A program made the translations under genes and the position numbers. A stretch of 64,000 bases of DNA. Origin: Candidatus Bathyarchaeota archaeon. Lineage in GTDB: Archaea > Thermoproteota > Bathyarchaeia > Bathyarchaeales > Bathycorpusculaceae. The notes beneath the pieces are model-generated. The model had not been told where the DNA came from and did not search any database. It worked only from the letters and a program-made list of their open reading frames with translations. Positions 59,807 through 64,000 of the stretch are shown in pieces. The stretch spans positions 160,001 through 224,000 of the forward strand of contig CAVYRJ010000001.1 in NCBI GenBank assembly GCA_963770935.1, written 5' to 3'. Within the stretch, counting starts at the first letter, position 1, and every line of letters starts with the position of its first letter.

Positions 59807-61363
59807 ATGAAAACCCTAGGTAGTATCATCTTGACCAACAACATAGATATTGCTTACAAGAAACTTTTATCGAAAACTAAAGATGCAATGGTGCTTTCGA
59901 CGACTGAAAGCATAATCCATTGGGATATGGAAATCTACATGCCTCCTAAGGCTGTGGAGCAACGCAGCCAACAACTGGCACTTTTAAGTCGCATTCACCA
60001 TAAACTCGGAACAGACCCCGAAATAGGAAAACTACTAAAGACTATCCAAACAAGCTCAGAGTACCAAGCGCTGGGGCAAGTGGAAAAACGCAACCTCTAT
60101 CTTATCAACAAAACCTATCAAGAACAAACCGCGTTGCCCGAAAAAATCGTTGCAGACCTCGCAATGCAAGAAGCAATAACAGTCAACATGTGGAAGAAAG
60201 CAAAAGCACAGAAAAACTTTGGCATCTATAAAGCGGATCTACAAAAACTTTTAAACCTCAGCAAACAAGCAGCGGAAATTCTCATGAAAGTCAAGCAGAC
60301 CAAGACGTCCTATGAAGCGTTACTCGATAATTTTGAGCCGAAAATGCCTGCAGAGACCATAACAAGAACCTTCAATCACTTATTGGCAGGTTTAAAGCCT
60401 TTAATTGCGAAGATTGAAACTTGTAAAACCAAACCATCCATCCAAAGCCTCAATCAGCCAGTTCCAGTGGAGAATCAGCGCAAAATTACCCATCTCATAA
60501 CGGGATTTCTCGGTTTCGATACTGCCTCTTCGGAAGCAGGGGGAAGAGTGGATGAGACGGAACACCCATTTACCTCAGGATATTATGATGATGTTCGCAT
60601 AACTACTCATTATTACCCTAATAATTTTGCAAGTTCAATCTTCTCGGTGCTCCACGAAAGCGGGCATGCACTCTACGAGCAAAACCTCAACCCAAAGTGG
60701 CAATACCAACCGGTGGGCTCTACCTGCTCTTTTGGTATACATGAATCCCAGTCGCGTTTGTTCGAAAACATAATCGGACGTTCTGAAGAGTTCTGGACAG
60801 TTTTTTTGCCTAAAATTAAAAAAGCAGCACCAAACCTCAGTATCCTTAAACTAGATCCCTTCATCCACGCTATAAACAGGGTTGAACGCTCAAAAATCCG
60901 AGTCGAAGCTGACGAAGTCACCTACAACCTCCACATCATAATCCGCTTTGAAATTGAAAGTGCCCTTTTCGCTGACAAAATCTCAGTTGATGAGCTTCCA
61001 GAAATATGGAACCAAAAATACAAGGATTATCTTGGCGTAAAAATCGGGAATGACTCAGAGGGGGTGATGCAAGATACCCATTGGGCAAGTGGACTATTCG
61101 GTTACTTCCCAAGCTATGCTTTAGGAAACATCTACAGTGGACAACTAACCGCTGCTTTCACTAAAGTCCTGCCCGAGTGGCGCAGCCTACTTGCACAAGG
61201 AAGCATAGAAGTTGTTAACGGTTGGTTGAAGACTAACATTTACGGCAAAGGCAATCTCTATGACTCCGAAGACCTAATCACACGAGCAACGGGAACAATC
61301 ATAGATTCAGAACCATACCTTAAGTACCTAAACCAAAAATACAGTACCCTCTACGAGTTTTAA
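59807..61363 (+). CDS. Carboxypeptidase, family M32
   Basis: HPF, DVRITT, HESGH (HExxH), HESQS, IRVEADE, QDTHW, GYFPSYALG. Confidence 0.96.
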   Translation: MKTLGSIILTNNIDIAYKKLLSKTKDAMVLSTTESIIHWDMEIYMPPKAVEQRSQQLALLSRIHHKLGTDPEIGKLLKTIQTSSEYQALGQVEKRNLYLINKTYQEQTALPEKIVADLAMQEAITVNMWKKAKAQKNFGIYKADLQKLLNLSKQAAEILMKVKQTKTSYEALLDNFEPKMPAETITRTFNHLLAGLKPLIAKIETCKTKPSIQSLNQPVPVENQRKITHLITGFLGFDTASSEAGGRVDETEHPFTSGYYDDVRITTHYYPNNFASSIFSVLHESGHALYEQNLNPKWQYQPVGSTCSFGIHESQSRLFENIIGRSEEFWTVFLPKIKKAAPNLSILKLDPFIHAINRVERSKIRVEADEVTYNLHIIIRFEIESALFADKISVDELPEIWNQKYKDYLGVKIGNDSEGVMQDTHWASGLFGYFPSYALGNIYSGQLTAAFTKVLPEWRSLLAQGSIEVVNGWLKTNIYGKGNLYDSEDLITRATGTIIDSEPYLKYLNQKYSTLYEF

Positions 61364-61542
61364 CACGGCTTTTTCTTCGTTAATTCCTTGTAGATGTAAA
61401 CGATTAGGTATGCCGCGACTGAACCAATGAACAGGTAAACGCCGCTGTAACCGACAACTGAATTATAATTGTTAGCGCCATATAGAAACAGCAAAAAACC
61501 AAGTATGAATAAACCAAGTAATGTCCAGTCAGTCCAAGACAT
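61360..61542 (-). CDS. Small 2-TM membrane protein
   Basis: 60 aa, two hydrophobic helices, basic tail. Confidence 0.6.
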   Translation of the reverse strand: MSWTDWTLLGLFILGFLLFLYGANNYNSVVGYSGVYLFIGSVAAYLIVYIYKELTKKKPC

Positions 61543-61746
61543 CGAATTTCTCCGCTAAATTAGGCATTCAATATCCAGCTTCAGATATAAAGATTTAGCG
61601 AAGGACAGAAACACTTTCGCCACATTAAAACCTTTTTCAAACAGCAACTTGCAGTTAAAACTAACTCAGCCAGACTTAATCTTTTCCAGTTCTTCCGACG
61701 TTTTTATATATAAGGTAGACCTCAAAGAGCGACCGAGGTAAATTAA

Positions 61747-63186
61747 ATGTCGGGAGTAGACATTAAAAAGCCAGAAACACGCGAAATATTCATAAAAATG
61801 CTAAGTGATGCCGCAAAAAAAGAGGTTGGTTCTAAGGGAAAGCCGACAAAACCGACAGTTGTCGGAACAGCAAAAGAAATGGACATCCACAGAGACACAC
61901 TTTATTCATGGTTAAAGGAGTTCAATGTCGATTTCAAGGAGATTGTTGATCGAATGCCGACAATAGTTGACGATGTTATGGAAGATTCAGGACCTACATA
62001 CTTAATCGGTGAATCGCTATTAGGAGAAGGAAACGAAGTTGCACACATTGACCTTTTGATAGGCGACAAAAACGGACCTATCGGACAAGCATTCGCAAAT
62101 GGCATGTCGCAATTATCAGCCGGACACACACCAGTCCTAGCAGTAATCAGACCTAACTTGCCGCCAAAACCACACACACTAATCGTACCAAAAGTCACTA
62201 TCAAAAACATGGAAGACACAGGAAAAATTTTCGGCCCCGCACAAGCAGCAGTTGCAAAAGCCATCGCTGACTCAGCTGAAGAAGGAATCATTCCTGCAAG
62301 CAAACTAGACGAATGGGTTATCATCTGTAGCGTTTTCATTCATCCAAAAGCAACTGATTACCGCAAGATATACCAGTACAACTATGGCGCAACAAAAATG
62401 GCGCTAAAACGCGCACTAAAGAAGTATCCAACACTTGAAAAGATAATCTATGACAAAGACCGCGCAAAGCACCCAATCATGGGCTTCCGCGTACCACGCC
62501 TATGGAGACCACCATACCTCCAAATTGCGCTTGATGCACCTTCACTCGAAGGGGCAAAGAAAGTCATCGAAGCGCTTCCAGGCAGCGACAGAATCATCCT
62601 TGAAGTCGGCACACCACTCATCAAACGGTATGGCACAAGAGGCATTAACGAACTACGACAAATAGCCAAAGACAAATTCATTATAGCAGACCTAAAAACG
62701 CTTGACGTTGGCAAAGTTGAAGTAGACATCGCATACGAAGACACCGCAGATGCAGTTGTTGCAGCAGGCCTAGCACCACCAGAAACATTAGATGCAACGG
62801 TACAGGAAGCCAAACGCCTAGGAATCTACGCAATCATCGACATGCTTAACGTAGAAAACGTCCTTGGCAAACTCAAATCACTCAAAGATTTCCCAGACAT
62901 AGTCATCTTACACCGAGGCATCGACCAAGAAAGCGGCAGAAGCTGCGGGCTTGAACGCATAAAACTCCTTCGCCAAGCATTCCCCAACAAGAAATTCCTA
63001 ATCGCAGTGGCAGGCGGAATCGTCCCAGAAACAGCCAAAGAAGCATTAGATCAAGGCGCAGATATACTCATCGTCGGCAGATACGTTACCCAATCCAAAG
63101 ACATTGAAAGGTCAGTACGAGACTTCCTTGAATTGACACCAAGCATGCGCGAAGACGTAGACTTATACAGAGTTCACACAGAATAA
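61747..63186 (+). CDS. fae-hps: Bifunctional formaldehyde-activating enzyme / 3-hexulose-6-phosphate synthase with N-terminal HTH extension
   Basis: [20 protein letters not shown]...[11 protein letters not shown] (Fae); LQIALD...EVGTPLIK...ADLKTLDVG...VAGGI (HPS); extra ~80-aa N-terminus. Confidence 0.93.
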   Translation: MSGVDIKKPETREIFIKMLSDAAKKEVGSKGKPTKPTVVGTAKEMDIHRDTLYSWLKEFNVDFKEIVDRMPTIVDDVMEDSGPTYLIGESLLGEGNEVAHIDLLIGDKNGPIGQAFANGMSQLSAGHTPVLAVIRPNLPPKPHTLIVPKVTIKNMEDTGKIFGPAQAAVAKAIADSAEEGIIPASKLDEWVIICSVFIHPKATDYRKIYQYNYGATKMALKRALKKYPTLEKIIYDKDRAKHPIMGFRVPRLWRPPYLQIALDAPSLEGAKKVIEALPGSDRIILEVGTPLIKRYGTRGINELRQIAKDKFIIADLKTLDVGKVEVDIAYEDTADAVVAAGLAPPETLDATVQEAKRLGIYAIIDMLNVENVLGKLKSLKDFPDIVILHRGIDQESGRSCGLERIKLLRQAFPNKKFLIAVAGGIVPETAKEALDQGADILIVGRYVTQSKDIERSVRDFLELTPSMREDVDLYRVHTE

Positions 63187-63230
63187 ACCAAAACCCGAGC
63201 GAAAACTCGCTCACACCTATCTTTTTTATT

Positions 63231-64000
63231 TTAACCTTTAATGGCAAAAATTTTCAGTATTAAGTATGCACAGAAGAATCCAACACCTGCAATTATGAAA
63301 GTCGGAAGATAATTTAGGTATTCAGCTAGGAAAGGTCCAAGGAAAGAGCCTATTGCCGCGCCCAAGCCTACTAGACCGTCAAAAAAGCCTGATTTGCCCT
63401 CAGGGATAAGTTCCATGGAAAGAGAAATCATCATAATGTAGTACATGGCGTAAGCGAAGCCTAAGAAAACAAGAAAGATACCAGTCATGATTGTTGGTGA
63501 AAAAGCGAGTTGGATAACTCCAACAAATAGAAAGATTAGAAGGCTGCGGGCGAGAACGAAACGGGGCACTTGTTTTCTAATATTCATCGTTCTTGCTCGG
63601 TTACGAATTAAGAAGTAGCCTACTGTTGCTCCAACAGAATTAAGTATGTAAGCAACATAAACCATGCTTGCTTGTCCCTGAAAAATTTCTTTTAGATATA
63701 TTGGCAGAGGTGTAAAAAACAGGCTTGTTGCAAGAGAGAATATTATTATGGCAAAGGCAAACCCGGGGAAACTTTCTTTCTTAAGTGACCCCTTCCACCG
63801 TAAACCATACGATTCTATACCGCGATTAGCGAAGTCCAGCGTTCTCTCCATCCCCACCAACCGGCGCTCAAAAATCAGCATTGGGTCAGCAATCAAAAAT
63901 ATTGAAAGAATGAACGCAACCAAGCTTAAGACACTACACAGGAACAGAGTGTAAGTAGCCAAAACAGTTGCGCTAAGAGCAGTGGTAAATGCAAACGCCC
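63231..64000 (-). CDS. MFS transporter, C-terminal half (runs off window end)
   Basis: Multiple TM helices; GLGAAIGSFLGPFLA MFS-like motif. Confidence 0.8.
   Translation of the reverse strand, partial: AFAFTTALSATVLATYTLFLCSVLSLVAFILSIFLIADPMLIFERRLVGMERTLDFANRGIESYGLRWKGSLKKESFPGFAFAIIIFSLATSLFFTPLPIYLKEIFQGQASMVYVAYILNSVGATVGYFLIRNRARTMNIRKQVPRFVLARSLLIFLFVGVIQLAFSPTIMTGIFLVFLGFAYAMYYIMMISLSMELIPEGKSGFFDGLVGLGAAIGSFLGPFLAEYLNYLPTFIIAGVGFFCAYLILKIFAIKG

Noticed and set aside
669-63954. Numerous 60-170 aa antisense or alternate-frame ORFs in the track
   Set aside because: They are shadows of well-supported genes and carry no family motifs.

Overview
Archaeal chromosomal window, most consistent with Bathyarchaeia (TACK). 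That taxonomy is inferred from rps25e/rps26e/rps3ae, thermosome, Rpo6, class I LysRS, Tes, Fae-Hps and several paralogous secreted PQQ-like beta-propeller genes. Housekeeping blocks (1-21.9 kb, 43.6-64 kb) flank an ~18.9 kb integrated element (24480-43396). The element is bounded by an exact 21-bp direct repeat equal to the 5' END of a tRNA-Arg(GCG) gene and carries a split, SSV-like tyrosine integrase that is now truncated. Its cargo includes a YprB/YprA(MrfB/MrfA)-like exonuclease-helicase pair, several unannotated zinc-finger microproteins, an extra TFB, a C39-like peptidase, a ParB-N + ABC-ATPase-GNAT (Mom-like) putative DNA-modification module and two beta-propeller genes. Other notable items are a gapless conserved promoter + hairpin leader shared by two beta-propeller paralogs, a PspA-less ydjG/ydjI-like SPFH operon, an HTH-Fae-Hps fusion and a truncated Alba gene behind a strong hairpin. 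Many apparent frameshifts are single-base insertions that look like sequencing error. No CRISPR array or rRNA gene was seen. All product calls come from motif recognition by eye; no searches were run.
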